From: Microthyrium microscopicum
Lineage: Eukaryota
Direction of reading: 5' to 3'
Assembly (NCBI GenBank): GCA_010405405.1
Contig: MU004236.1
Span: forward strand, 1,184,070-1,248,069
Length of the DNA stretch: 64,000 nt
A program made the translations under genes and the position numbers. How positions within the stretch are numbered: the stretch's first letter is position 1; each line of letters opens with the position of its first letter. This document shows positions 38,781 through 50,953 of the stretch, in pieces. The notes beneath the pieces were generated by a model, which saw nothing but the letters and a program-made list of their open reading frames with translations, ran no database searches and was not told where the DNA came from.

Positions 38781-40143
38781 CTATTCTGCCTGTGGCATTT
38801 TGCCATTGTCTCCCTCCTCTTCTACTTCTTCATCCTCGCTATCTTCTGTGCCTGAATCACTTTCAAAGATATCGCTCATAGATTCTTTGGAGGTAGATTT
38901 GGCCACGGCGGAGTCTAGCTCATCGAACAAGTCCCTCTCATTCTCGGCTTGGAGGGAAGAGATAGTCGGTCCACGACTGGATCTGTCTGGAACAGCTGTC
39001 TGCTTCCCTCTGGACGATGAACTGAGGTTGGGGGCCATAGTGGAGGTGTCTGTATACTTCTGCAAAACTGATTCGATCTGCACGACTTGTCCTGGATATC
39101 GTCCTCGTTCCTAATTTAGGTTAGCTAAACCATCAAATAAGCAATCTGGTTGGATGAGAAATCACCTTTTTCCAATCTATGCTACCATCATCGCTGAGAT
39201 ATTTTGGTCGCATAGAGGCCATGAAGTCTATCATCATCGGGTCGAATTGGCCAGGTAATGGGACGTATGGGTCAATTCGATCTGGCTTTGAAAGGTACTG
39301 GCCATGGTCCTTGGATGGTAGGTAGTTGTGGATTGTCCGGCTCAGGACTCCAAATAGTTCCTTTGCCATTGGCTGAAGATAATCGAAGCCGTACCTCTTC
39401 TCCATGTCTTCCTTATCAAAGAGGTTTGCGAAGGGGTTATCTTCTGGAATCTTGCCATTCTCGACAGCCTTGAACATTTTGCTCAGGAATTTCTTCCATT
39501 TGTCTGTTGAGTTGGTGCCTTCAGTTGTAGCAGAGAGATTTTCTATAGCATCACGGTAGGCAAGCGCCGTAATCATGCGTTGCTGGAGGATGATTTGCTG
39601 GTTTAGCTCGGATATCTTGCGATGGAGGTCGGCAGTGTATGCGAATTGTTGACTGATAAGCTCTCTTAACGCGGCGACACAACTGAATGGGTCTCGTCTC
39701 TTAGCTTTCGAGCAGCCAGCAGCGAGGCAGAAAGACCAAACGTTGTCAGTGAAAGCCACCCAATGACTCCACTGCTCAGAAACGCAGTATTTGAACGAGT
39801 GTTCAGCTTGTACACGTCTCCATTGTCTTTGGAGCTCGGGGAGGATATCTTCGTGATATGCCCGGGTAGGGTTTTTCTTGGTCGCTTCCTGAAATATCCC
39901 CCAGCTTATAGCCACATAGCTCTTCGACCAGGACACTTCGCCGTAGGCACCGGTCCTGCAATTGTCTAAAAAAGTTTTCATAGCTTCTAGATGTAAGGCA
40001 ACTCTGTTTCGCCTCACATCTAAATGGGTATAGGCAACAGTACCCAATCGTAGGAAATGTTTCTTCCAATGTACCAACCTTGGTTCAAACTTTTCATTTC
40101 TGGCTATGGTCAGATATAGAGACCCTTTAGCTGTCAACACCAT
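38781..40143 (-). CDS. Orphan protein, multi-exon, with a coiled coil and an acidic tail; 5' end uncertain
   Basis: ORF 39133-40143 joins ORF 38781-39083 through a phase-0 intron 39111-39165 (GTGATT...GCTAAC...TTAG), giving IDWKK/ERGRYPGQ. Confidence 0.7.
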
Positions 40144-40320
40144 TGATGATCACGAAGCAGATAGTCAATCACCTATCCTGCTGTAGTCGAGTAATCATTC
40201 ACACTTGAACGTGCTGAAGATAAGAAGGAGCAATCGAAGAGACCATAGACACTGGTGACTGGCAATTGCATTGAGGCAAGCCACTGGTTCTCTATTTCTC
40301 GATGAATCGACGAACAAAAC

Positions 40321-40836
40321 TTACTTTCTTGGAAACTTCTCCCACTCATCTCCAAACTGCTCTGTCATCAGCCTATCCACGTTAGGATCCACGTTGGGAT
40401 CCCGCGCCTCTTTGTCTTCGTCTTCATCGACATCGTCATTAGACTCAATGATTTTCAGTACCTCGTACAAGATGCAACAGAATGGTCCGCACTGCATCAT
40501 AGTGGACCCTTTGATTTTCATAAACTGAAGTTTTATGTAGACCTCTAGAACTGTGAGGTTAATTGCGGACTCGTGGTGAAAAGTTTTGGCAGCCTGGTGC
40601 CTCTTTGATGGAATGGCAAGATCAACAAGCCATGAATGGCTCATAATAAGATTGTCAAGTTCCACGCCAAGCTGGTATTTCATCAGTGATGGATACACAT
40701 AAATTCCAAATTCGCGTAGTTGGTAAGAGTCCAAGTTATCGGCATCAGTGGTACTCCAGAACTCGAGATCAAGACTATTGAAAGTATCGTCGGACAGAAG
40801 TGTCTGAAGAATGTCATCTTGGGCGTTGGCATCCAT
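40321..40836 (-). CDS. Hypothetical ORF, probably upstream exon(s) of the orphan gene at 38781-40143
   Basis: 171-aa ORF ending at a GTAAGT donor; TATA-like (TA)n near 40935. I could not resolve an in-phase junction to the next ORF. Confidence 0.45.
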   Translation of the reverse strand: MDANAQDDILQTLLSDDTFNSLDLEFWSTTDADNLDSYQLREFGIYVYPSLMKYQLGVELDNLIMSHSWLVDLAIPSKRHQAAKTFHHESAINLTVLEVYIKLQFMKIKGSTMMQCGPFCCILYEVLKIIESNDDVDEDEDKEARDPNVDPNVDRLMTEQFGDEWEKFPRK

Positions 40837-41340
40837 GCTGTGAGTGCTCGAACTCGCTTTGGCGAAGTATGATGGGCGGAGTCGCCTTGCGGAGGTTGGG
40901 CTGGATCATAGGAAATGGGCTGCCTCACGAGCTATATATATATGCGTGGACTTTGCTTTTTCCGTTACCAGCCGGCTGAAGTTGATGCTGCCCGGTAAGG
41001 CTGAGTGAAGACATCAGGACTTCATTGTCGAAGAGCTCGACGTCTACAGCTTAGACCGCATGTTTATCAGAATCGCAGGAGTACTGACGGCCACTCGCTG
41101 GATGCAGTTTTGGAAGGAATGCGCAATATCGACAAATCTAATTGTACTACATTTATGTAGGGTGCGTTATGGTCGTGAAGTATCAAGTTGGAGTTAAGTA
41201 TTTCGCCTAGTGACGCTGAGCACAGACCTTTATCTTTGAGACTCTCACCAACTTCTGCATGGTGTGCTTAATGCTATATCTCCCTCACTACATACATATA
41301 CACACCTCTTCCAAACATAGACCTTCAAAGTCCCATAGCT

Positions 41341-42004
41341 ATGGCTACCAGACGAACTCTCCTCGGCCCTCTGGCCACTCTGACCATCCGCTCATCAGTC
41401 CAGCCATTACCCGCACGCGTAGCGCAATTCCGCACATACACAAAGCTGTCCCGAACCATAAGAACGAGCCGGCCAAACTGTACACTCCCATACCTTCAAT
41501 CGCGCCTCAAGTCCTCAGCAACCCAAGAACCGTGGCAAGTCCTGGACTTTTCCCTTGTGGAGGCCTTCCAAGTCCGTCGCACCCCATCATAGCCCATACT
41601 TCAACTGACAAGGTCTAGGCGCAAAGCAGCAAGCAATCAAACGACAAAGGCCCACTCATAATAGGTATTTCTTCCCTCTCTCCGCTGACCCCACAGTATA
41701 CAAGCTAATATCATTCCCAGATGTTCGCGAACCCTCAGAGTACGCCGCCGGTCGCATCCCCAACTCCATCAACATCCCGGTAAACTCCTCCCCAGAATCA
41801 TGGTCCCTAGACTCCGAAGCTTTCGAAGACACATTTGGGTTTGAAAAGCCAGATTCGGAGCGCGAAGTGTTGGTGTATTGCAAGGCGGGGATACGGAGCG
41901 CGAGGGCGGCCAAGTTGGCGGTGGAGGCAGGGTATGGGAATGTGAAGGAGTATCGGGGGAGTTGGGATGATTGGGTTGCTAAGGGAGGGAAGATTGAGCA
42001 TTAA
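41341..42004 (+). CDS. RDL2: Single-domain rhodanese / thiosulfate sulfurtransferase with a mitochondrial-type presequence, 3 exons
   Basis: Arg/Ser/Thr-rich N-terminus; LII/DVREPSEYAAGRIPNSINIP; active site YCKAGIRS; YRGSWDDW. Confidence 0.88.
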
Positions 42005-42436
42005 GTTCCTAAAAGGAATGACAAATACATGATGATAGCCTTTTGTTATGTTCTATGTGGGAAGAAGGCACGATCAAGCTAGCTGGTAGACAAGGCTGCC
42101 AAGACAGGCAAGAGGCTGAGGTTGACATCAGGAATTACCTTACCTTGCACCTGATTACCTTAGAAAGCCTTTTCAAATTCTAGGCAGGATTTGACCGCTT
42201 CAGAAACCGAACTTGATGCATAATAACTGCTTCTAAATATCTGTTTATGCCCATAAGCGATACTACAAACTGCAACTGCAATTGAAGTACCCGGGTGCAC
42301 AGACAGCTAGCCCACCATGTCCAACACCAAGAAAGTAAGATGAGGTCGTAGACCTAAGAAACACAAACGATCCCACCAACTCTCCGCTGCTACACAAACT
42401 TCACCGCCCAAGGCATGCGCACGCAGCGCTCCAAAT

Positions 42437-44891
42437 ATGCTAATTACGGACGATGAAGCTACAAAGCTTCGCGAGTGGCTACGCGCCAAACTCAGAGACA
42501 AGTTCGTCACAACCTTCGACACTCTCACCACCTACTAATTTGTGCCAGTTCTGACGCCGACCCTGAGATTCTGGCCGAATATGTTGCTGCCATGCTTCAA
42601 ACAGATGGTAGCGAAGCCGATCTGCGACGCAACTGCACTGAAAACTTGAAAGATTTTCTTCCTGATGAGGGTAGGTCAATCTGGAAGCGTCGTTATAGCT
42701 CATGCTAACAAGCTCCCAGTGGCCGCGAAGCTCGTTATTGATCTCTTTGAAGCTTTGCGCTTGAAGTCATATATGCCCGATTATGTTCCTCCTTCGACTG
42801 TGAAGCCTACCTCAATACCGAAACCTGCGCCGTCCATCAAATCCGCTTCGAATCTACGTAGTACAGCTCCATCCTTCACACCTACTGCTCCAGCACTTAA
42901 ACCTACCGCTCCATCCTTCAAACCCACCGCTCCATCCTTCAAGCCTTCTGCCGATATCTCTAACAAGCCCTCGGTCGCAGCCTCATCTGCCCGGCGTCCG
43001 CCACCTACTGGTCCATCCAACAGCACACAGATCAATTCGATCCCCGCATCCAAGAAGCGTACATACAATGAGCTCGCAAGTAGCGACCCGCAAGATGGTC
43101 AAGGACGATTGAGTTCGGCACGTCCTGTCAAGCAGACTCGTAGAACGAAGGATGCTCAACAATCGTTTGCGCCGAGCTATAATGCACCTTCAAATGCTTA
43201 TAATCCACCGAATCATGCTATGGCTACACAAGACATGTCCAACATGTCCAACATGTCGTATATGCCTCCCTTCGACTCATCCGGCATGATGCCATTTCAA
43301 CCAATGCAGTTCGGAATGGGGATGCCACAGATGCCTCCCCCGGTCCAGCAACGGTCTTCACAAACTGGCAAACGCTGTTTCGACTATGATACGAAGGGAT
43401 TCTGCGCAAAAGGAAGCACATGTCCATATGAACATGGAGAAGATCGCATTTCGGTCCCTACTGGCCCTGCTGCGGACTTGGCTATGCCAGGATTTGACCC
43501 GCAATTTCTCATGGCCATGAATAATCCCATGTTCATCCAATCCATGATGGCCATGGCGGCTGCAGCCAGCGATCCTACCATGCCACCCGTGCCAGGAAAC
43601 CGAACCTCACATCGCTCTAACAAACGGTCTGAGTTCTCAAGTACTGGCCCGATCGCTCATACCGCCAAGGACACACTCGTAGTTGAGCAGATTCCTCCAG
43701 AATACACGAATGAGGAAGCTGTCCGCGACTTCTTTTCCAAATTTGGCTCTATCGACTCCGTTCAAGTCATACCGTATCGCAATATCGCCATCGTCAAATA
43801 CTCTTCCCACACCTTCGCTCGCGCCGCTTACGAGAGTCCCAAAGTTATCTTCGACAATCGCTTCGTTAAAGTCTACTGGTTCCGCTCACACGACGAAGAA
43901 CATGTTGCGCTAGCCGCTGAAGTTCCTAAGGCTGAAACGCCAATGGAAGAAGACCCCAAGGATGTCCAAGCACGTATCGACGCTGCTCAGCTAGCCTACG
44001 AAGCCAAGCGGCTCAAAATCGACGATGCACGCGCACAAAAAGAAGAACTCCAGGCCCAAATGCGCGCCAACGCTCGCGGTCGTAAAGAACTTATAGACAA
44101 ACTCGCCCGTGTCGGCAACCATGACCTCGCCACGTCAGTTAGTCCCTCGACTGTGGGTGACGATGGTGGACCGGCGACAGATGCGGATGTGTTGCGGATG
44201 AAGTTGGCGGCACTAGAGGCTGAGGCGGAGAGAATGGGAATTGATCCGAATGATCCTTCTCAGGACTTGGACTATGGCTACTCTGAATATCGTGGCCGTG
44301 GTCGTGGACGTGGATGGCGCGGCGGATATAGTGGACGAGCGAGAGGCTATGGTGGGTTTCGAGGTGGGCGTGCTGGGCCGGCTGTATTCCGCTTGGATAA
44401 TCGGCCGAAGAAAGTGGTTGTCAATATTGCTGAGGGGTCGGACGAGGATGCGAAGTTGCGGGAGTACATGCTGCATGTGAGTTTTAAAATTTATCGTGTG
44501 GAAGCAAAAGCTAATTCAAGTAGGCATTCGAGGTCGATGCTATTACAGCACATCCCACCAAGCCAAACTGCCAGATCATTTCGTTTCGCGAGCGGTATAT
44601 GGCTGAATCGGTAACTTTATCCATCCCAATATTCATAGCACTTCTAACAGCAAGCAGTTTATCAGCGAGGCTCAATCCGCGCTTGGCAAATTGGAACTCG
44701 CATGGTTCACAGATGCAACTTCAAACGGTGCTCCACAAGAGCCTGGAGAGTCAGACCAGAACGATGCAGACATCATGATGTCCGAGGCTACCAATGGCGA
44801 CGGAGCGGACAAGGGGCAAGTCTCCAGACGGGTGGAAGAGCATGATCTAGACGTTGCAGAGGACGACGATGATGATAGGTGGATGGGCTAG
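42437..44891 (+). CDS. PWI + CCCH zinc finger + RRM RNA-binding protein (RBM26/27, Rmn1-like), multi-exon
   Basis: SDADPEILAEYV (PWI); RCFDYDTKGFCAKGSTCPYEHG; LVVEQIPPE...AYESPKVIFDNRFVKVYW; RGG box; RLDNRPKK. Confidence 0.92.
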
Positions 44892-45106
44892 AAGTTTGTC
44901 AAAAATCTTTACTCGGCCTTCTCGTAGCATTGAGCTAGGTTAGCATTATGATACCCCTGGAAAGCGTTAGCATTGTATATAGAATTGTTGTATTATGACA
45001 TTTGTGAGATGGACGTCTATTCTTGAATTCCTTCTTGTATAAACCTATTACATTAACAGACATCCCATTCGTGCCTACAATTCCCATTTTTGTGTATATC
45101 TCACCC

Positions 45107-46894
45107 TCATCGCCGTCTCTCACGCTCTCTCGCCCGCTCCCTATCACGATCACGCTCCCTCTCCCGCTCCCTAATATCCCTATCCCGTCTCTCCCTATCA
45201 CGCACCCGCCCGTCCTTCTCCATAGCTCGATGTTCAGTTCTACTGTCCACCCGCCCACCAGCACCACCATCCTCATCCTCGCTCTCCTCAACACTCTCCC
45301 ACCCATCCGCCTCCACCGTCTCAACATCATAAATCTCCTCCCTAGTCTTAAAATGCGCATCCAACGCATCCGCCTCCTCTCTTGCATCACGCACCTGCAA
45401 CACGAACCGACGAACCGCCACTAACGGACGCGTCTCCCCACCTGCACCATGTTCCGTACCACCGTTTCGTTCCATGCCATTTCGATCCACGTCACTTCGT
45501 TCCGTAGGCAAACGCGAGACATAGTCTGGCATAACACTACTCGCCTTGCCATCAGCTTCCCTCGCATGTCTTGGTACATCATGCCGTTCCGCAGTGCGGT
45601 TAAACGCGATTTTCGTAGTCATTACTTGCTCATTGGTGAGTCCTGGCCCGGCGAACGTGGCGATTCGTTGGGATGTGTAGAGATCTAGAAGATCCATGAT
45701 CGTTTCGTTGACTTCGGCGCGCGAAGAGTAGAATTTGTGATATGGGTTATCATCCGATGAGGGCAGGCCTGAATCTCCATCTGATTCTTGTTTTGTGGGT
45801 TCTTTGGTTGGGGACTCTTTGGGTATTCGGAATTGCATGTCGAAATGGCGGCCTCGGTCTAGTAATTTCATGCCCAACTCTACGCATGCGAGGGCACAGG
45901 TTTGGTGTGTGTGTTTTAGGGGTGCGAAGGTGTAGCAGAGGTCTTTGGAGATTTTGAAAACGGTGTCGAAGAGGAGGCGGTCTGGGCGGGTGATGGTGGG
46001 TAGGCGTGGGTCGATTTTGAATTCGACTTCGAGGATTTTGAGGGCGAGGTGGTTGGGGTGGGTTATGGTGAATTCGAAGAAGGAGGCTTCGATCATGGAG
46101 CGTTCCAGTTCTACTATGCGGTCTGCTGAGGGATCGAAGTACTGCTGATTGTTAGTGTCTGGTTTAGCTGAAAGGGAGGGGAATGGACTTACGTCGTCTT
46201 CGGGACTTCGTTGGTCGGCAACGGGCACGTTGACGTTGTAGGCGGCTGCTACGATTTGGTTGGGTCGTTTGGCTGTATCTTCGAGTTTGCTGGCCAGGTA
46301 GAGAGCTAGACTGACGACGTCGGCGACATGGTAGGCGTCGAGACTGTATTGTAGTCGAAAGCGGTGGAATAGCATACAAGCTGTATTCATCGTCTTGAGT
46401 GGAAGTTTCAGCGCATTGCGAACTTGCTCAATATAGCTGACTCCCTGAATCCGCCATTGCTCGTCCTTCGTGTCAGTGCCCAGCCGCAGTAGCGCTTTCT
46501 GAATCGTCTGCTCATGCACCCATTTCTGACAAACTTCCATGAAGCCAGGATGTGGTCCTACAGAATTGATATCGAAGCTAGGCGGAGGATCGTTGATGAT
46601 GGAGTTTGCAGGTTCCGTTGGTGGCGCGTCTTTGCTTTGGATGTCTCTACGTGGTGAGGATGGCGGTGGACGTCGACGCTCAATATCTTCTCGCCGAGGG
46701 CCTTCATCTCGAAGGCGCTCATCCCGACGTGGAGGTGCTTCATCTCGGCGAAAGACTTCACGACGACCTCCGCGGTCGTGAGGCGGTGGTCCTCGACCAG
46801 TTCGCGATGAGGCGCCTAGAGGCATGGCGTTGGGGCCACTGAAAGCTGGCGCGGCTCTGCGCTTTCCCTTCCCATTGTTAGTATGTCTAGCCAT
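45107..46894 (-). CDS. CTK2: C-type/K-type cyclin, CTD kinase I beta subunit
   Basis: RIQGVSYIEQVRNALKLPLKTMNTACMLFHRFRL; ALYLASKLEDTAKR; ERSMIEASFFEF; RE/RD-rich tail. In-frame intron 46142/46145-46192. Confidence 0.88.
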   Translation of the reverse strand: MARHTNNGKGKRRAAPAFSGPNAMPLGASSRTGRGPPPHDRGGRREVFRRDEAPPRRDERLRDEGPRREDIERRRPPPSSPRRDIQSKDAPPTEPANSIINDPPPSFDINSVGPHPGFMEVCQKWVHEQTIQKALLRLGTDTKDEQWRIQGVSYIEQVRNALKLPLKTMNTACMLFHRFRLQYSLDAYHVADVVSLALYLASKLEDTAKRPNQIVAAAYNVNVPVADQRSPEDDVSPFPSLSAKPDTNNQQYFDPSADRIVELERSMIEASFFEFTITHPNHLALKILEVEFKIDPRLPTITRPDRLLFDTVFKISKDLCYTFAPLKHTHQTCALACVELGMKLLDRGRHFDMQFRIPKESPTKEPTKQESDGDSGLPSSDDNPYHKFYSSRAEVNETIMDLLDLYTSQRIATFAGPGLTNEQVMTTKIAFNRTAERHDVPRHAREADGKASSVMPDYVSRLPTERSDVDRNGMERNGGTEHGAGGETRPLVAVRRFVLQVRDAREEADALDAHFKTREEIYDVETVEADGWESVEESEDEDGGAGGRVDSRTEHRAMEKDGRVRDRERRDRDIRERERERDRDRERARERERRR

Positions 46895-48202
46895 AATTAC
46901 AGTATCCAAAAAGCGCGATTGCGGAAGTGAAGATGTGGAGAACAGCGAGATGCAGGAATGTCAAGGATGAGCAAATACAAGATTCCCAGGCCCAACAGCT
47001 CCAGGAGAGCTTCAGAGCCTAGGAGCTCGAGGTGATGGGAGCTGCGAGTCTGAGAGATATGATGAGGTGAACTATGCTTACCTCCTAGCTGGACCTTCAC
47101 TATCCCTAATGCACAACCTCCGCAAGGGGTATTCGGCTCGCGGCAAGCAGACGGGAACCTACAGCTCCAGCCTGAAGTAGGGAGCGCCTTGTTGGCGGAT
47201 AGAATGAAACCCCAGATCGTATATAACAATACTAGTACATGTGCAATCAAGGTCCTCTTCCAGTAGGTAGACTATGGTCCAGATGTATGATGAAGTGTGC
47301 TGATGTTGAAGCAGCGAATATAAAAATCCGAATTTCCTTTCGAGTACACACGCTGCAGCCGTTCAAACCCCTAGCTCTTGATTATTCTCCCGTTGATTAA
47401 GTTTAGATCCGAAGCAGCCTCAGTGCCCTAATTTCCTGGTATTTGATAGTTCGCAAAATGTAAGGTTGGAGTATTGCAAGATCTAACTGTTGTCGTTTGT
47501 CTGATGTTCGAGATGCCTTACCACGCTAGTCCCCCTTTGGATATTCTAAACGCAACTGGCCAACTGGCGGGTCTAGTGGTGGAATACTTCCACGGACTAA
47601 GGGGATATATCGTATTGAATAAGATGAAATAACTTCCCTGAATGTCCAGAGAAATAACAAGAGGCTGTAACGAAGATTCCAAGTAGTTGACACTTCAGCA
47701 TTACCTTGGGACTAACACATTACGGAGTCACATTCACCCAAATAGCCATCACAACGGAATCGCAAGTAGTAATTTCACTCTCCATTAGCCTACGCAACGA
47801 GTAATAGATACATGTACAGGAAAGAAAAAAAACAAGAAAAAAGCACCCATTAACGCTTTACCGTTAAAAAGCCAAACACAACGCCCAGCATGAATATGAT
47901 GAAGAAACCTCAACAGATGCTCAATACCAACAACCCAGCGACTGCCCCTCCTTTGGTAACAGAGATAGCAGCTCCGGGATCCAGGACATGCAACTAGTTC
48001 GGTATAATAGATATTGCCGACTGAGACCAGCGTAGATCGGAGAAAGTCAACTGTTCGCCGTTCTGCTGCGAGCATTCGACACGCTGAGCGACCTTGGGGG
48101 CCACAGAAAACGTGCTCTGTAACATGCTCATGATAAACATTATTCTTCAAACCAATCACCCATTTTGCTTCGATCGTCCCATCTCTTTCAAGAATAGGCG
48201 CT

Positions 48203-49126
48203 TTACTGGGCCTTCTTCGCGCCCTCGCCCGGAGCCTGGCCAACATACTTCTTGGCATCAGTCATCTCGACCAGCTGCTTTAAGCCACCCTTGACCTGGT
48301 CCCAAACACGACGCACAGTAGGATCAGTGCTCTGGTTCGCCAAAACACCGTCCGCACGAGCACCAATAGTAGCAAAGGTATTCTGGACAAACGTGCTCTG
48401 GGAGTAGCGGGCGCGCAAAAAGACGCTGTAGATAGCAAGGAGGATCCACGAGCCCTTTTGGAAGAGAAGAGCGCTGACAAAGACACGGACCCAGAGAGCG
48501 ATTTCAAGACCGGCGACGAGTGACATGGACAGGTCATAGTAATCCTTAATGAACTTGCCAATGCCATCGGCAACAGGGCCGGATGGGCGGGGACGCTGGC
48601 CAGCTGGTGAGGGGGCGGTTGGTGGTGTGAGGGTGGGGAGGATATTGCCGCGGATGTAGGTGAGGACGTGGAAGACTGAGTAGACAACGAATGGGAGGAG
48701 GGCGAGTGGGATCTGGCGGGAGAAGAGCCAGATAAGACCCATAGCTGTGGATTCGTTAGTATTTCTGGTTCGACATAGCTTAAAAGGTATGACTCCAGCT
48801 TTGAGCTGAGCTTTAGAGAGCTACTTACCATAGTATTGAACATTTTCGTCAGAGGCCAGAGCGATAGCAGAAGTGGGTTTGCCCTGTCGAACTCTCGCGC
48901 GATATCCCTTGTAGACAACGATACCGTACGTGACAAGAGCGCTTACAAAGGCAATGCGATAGCTGTAACGCGCCCATGTGTAGCCAGTCTTCATTGTGAT
49001 GTAGTAGAGGCCATATCGTAGCGTGAAGAAGAGCATCGACACGTGGCCGCAGAACCAAGCAAACTGGAGGGACTGGACGAGACGTAGAGCTCGCTCTTGG
49101 AGCGGAGCAGGAGTTGGATTTGCCAT
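48203..49126 (-). CDS. POM33: Transmembrane nucleoporin / ER tubule protein (TMEM33/Pom33/Tts1), 2 exons
   Basis: LQFAWFCGH, ALVTYGIVVYK, LASDENVQY, LALLPFVVYSVFHVLTY, FLRARY. Confidence 0.93.
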
Positions 49127-50953
49127 GGCGAATTGCGTTACCAGCGATGGATGAAAGTTGCGTTTGTGAAGCTTTGGAGGATTGATGAAGCGGAGCTTTT
49201 AGAGTAGAGTGGTTAGCAAGGGTGGCTTCTAAATAGGCCGGAGGGGTGAAAGTTTAGGTGACAAAGTCGCTCGCTCTAGTCTCTAGCCAACAAACAAAAA
49301 TGTGATAACTTTCTTAGATTTCAGGCAACGGTCTTTCAAGATGACTGAAGAATCTGACAATAAGGCAGAACAAAAAAATTGAGGCCAGATGTAGAAGGAA
49401 AGGGAAAAAAGCACAGGCGCCAGCCTCACCGTGGTTGGCGCGGCTGGTTGTCTCCACTGATAGAACAAGGGGTGACGGGATGAAGGAAGACAGTTCAGAA
49501 CATACCTCGTAGGCGGTTGCAAACGTAATTCGGGATGTTGGAAATAAGGTAGAGGGAGAGAAATGGGGATGGTTTTGTTGTTTGTTGAGGGAAGGAGATT
49601 GAAGATGAGACTCAGATTCAGGAAGAGGTTAGGTGTGAGTAGTGACTGACGTACGTGACGACCAGAAGCTGGGAAATCCTGCCTTCTGGCTTCTGCCTTC
49701 TGCCACGCCAAACCTCGCCCACCAGTCCACTGAGTCCACTCCACTTGAACCAGAGAAGACAGTGTCCACTCCAGATCCAGTAGTCTCAACTGAAATCTAG
49801 ATCGCCGTAATACAATCCGCAAGGCAAGTCTATTCCCAGATTCAAGACACGCCTTCCTCATCAAGCAAAATGTCGATGTTTCTTGCACGATATGTTATCT
49901 AGACTCCTTGCCATCATGTAAACAGATCAACTCCTGGATCCCCTGTTAATCATAATTCCTTAGGTATGTATGAAATGCTACAATCATCTCGTCCGCTTAG
50001 AACCATAAAAAAGCCATCATCATTCATAATGAACCCTGCCATGTCTAGATTCTAGCGTCTACCGCCAAAATCTCACGAAACATGCATGCAAGACGTCACT
50101 CGGCATATCTAGCACAGAACAAACACAATTGCAAACAAACGAGAAAATTACTTGATACTGCTAATAGTCACCGCCGCTGTTACTAAACAGTACATGCCAT
50201 ACTCCCCAATTCCATCCTACGAACAGACTTCTCCTGCTCGCTCAGCTTCTTGTCCAGTCCTGTTTCTTCATCGCTAACCAACGCGTCTGTACTGATTGAT
50301 CCACAATGATCTGCAATATTGGGTGATACAAGTCTTGTAGACGTTTTTGAACTGACAGCGAGTGTGAACTGGTCCCCTCGCCAGGGAAACGCAAATTCAT
50401 GCATATATAAAAGGATTTTGAGGGGATTGAAAGCTGTGCTAAAGGCCACTTCTTCTGATGAGCCGTCCAAGAAAGAACGCACCGGAGGTAAAGAGGTATC
50501 AAAAAGGTTCGTGTGCATCCCGTGCAGTAGAGACAAATGAAATTAAAAAGGAACAAAAACATGTAGGAGAGAAGTAAAGATGAAAGAAGAGTCTCGCAAA
50601 ACTAAAAAGCCATAGTAGTAGTAGTAAAAGATTTAAAACAAGTCCCTAATCCCAAACTAAAAGCAAAAGCACCTATCGCTATCATGTGTAGTGGTATTAA
50701 AACCTTCTCTTCCCCACACATCACCGAATCCATGTGCCCTTGAGGAATTGGAGAGGCTGCGCTAATTGCATTAAAACTCGGTATTTGCACAAGGAATTAG
50801 GAAAACGCATGACTTCTTTTTTATCCATCGCTCCATAAGCGATGCCCCATGAGCAGACACACGTTCGAGGACTGTAGAAACCAGAAGAGCAGGCCAGAGA
50901 TGAGTACTGGAGAATAGTGGATGAAGGAAGGGGACGGTTGTTGTTTGTGACGC

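Noticed and set aside
47280..47400. Possible tRNA or C/D snoRNA (ATGATGA, GTTCAAA)
   Set aside because: I could not build a cloverleaf or a convincing box C/D terminal stem.
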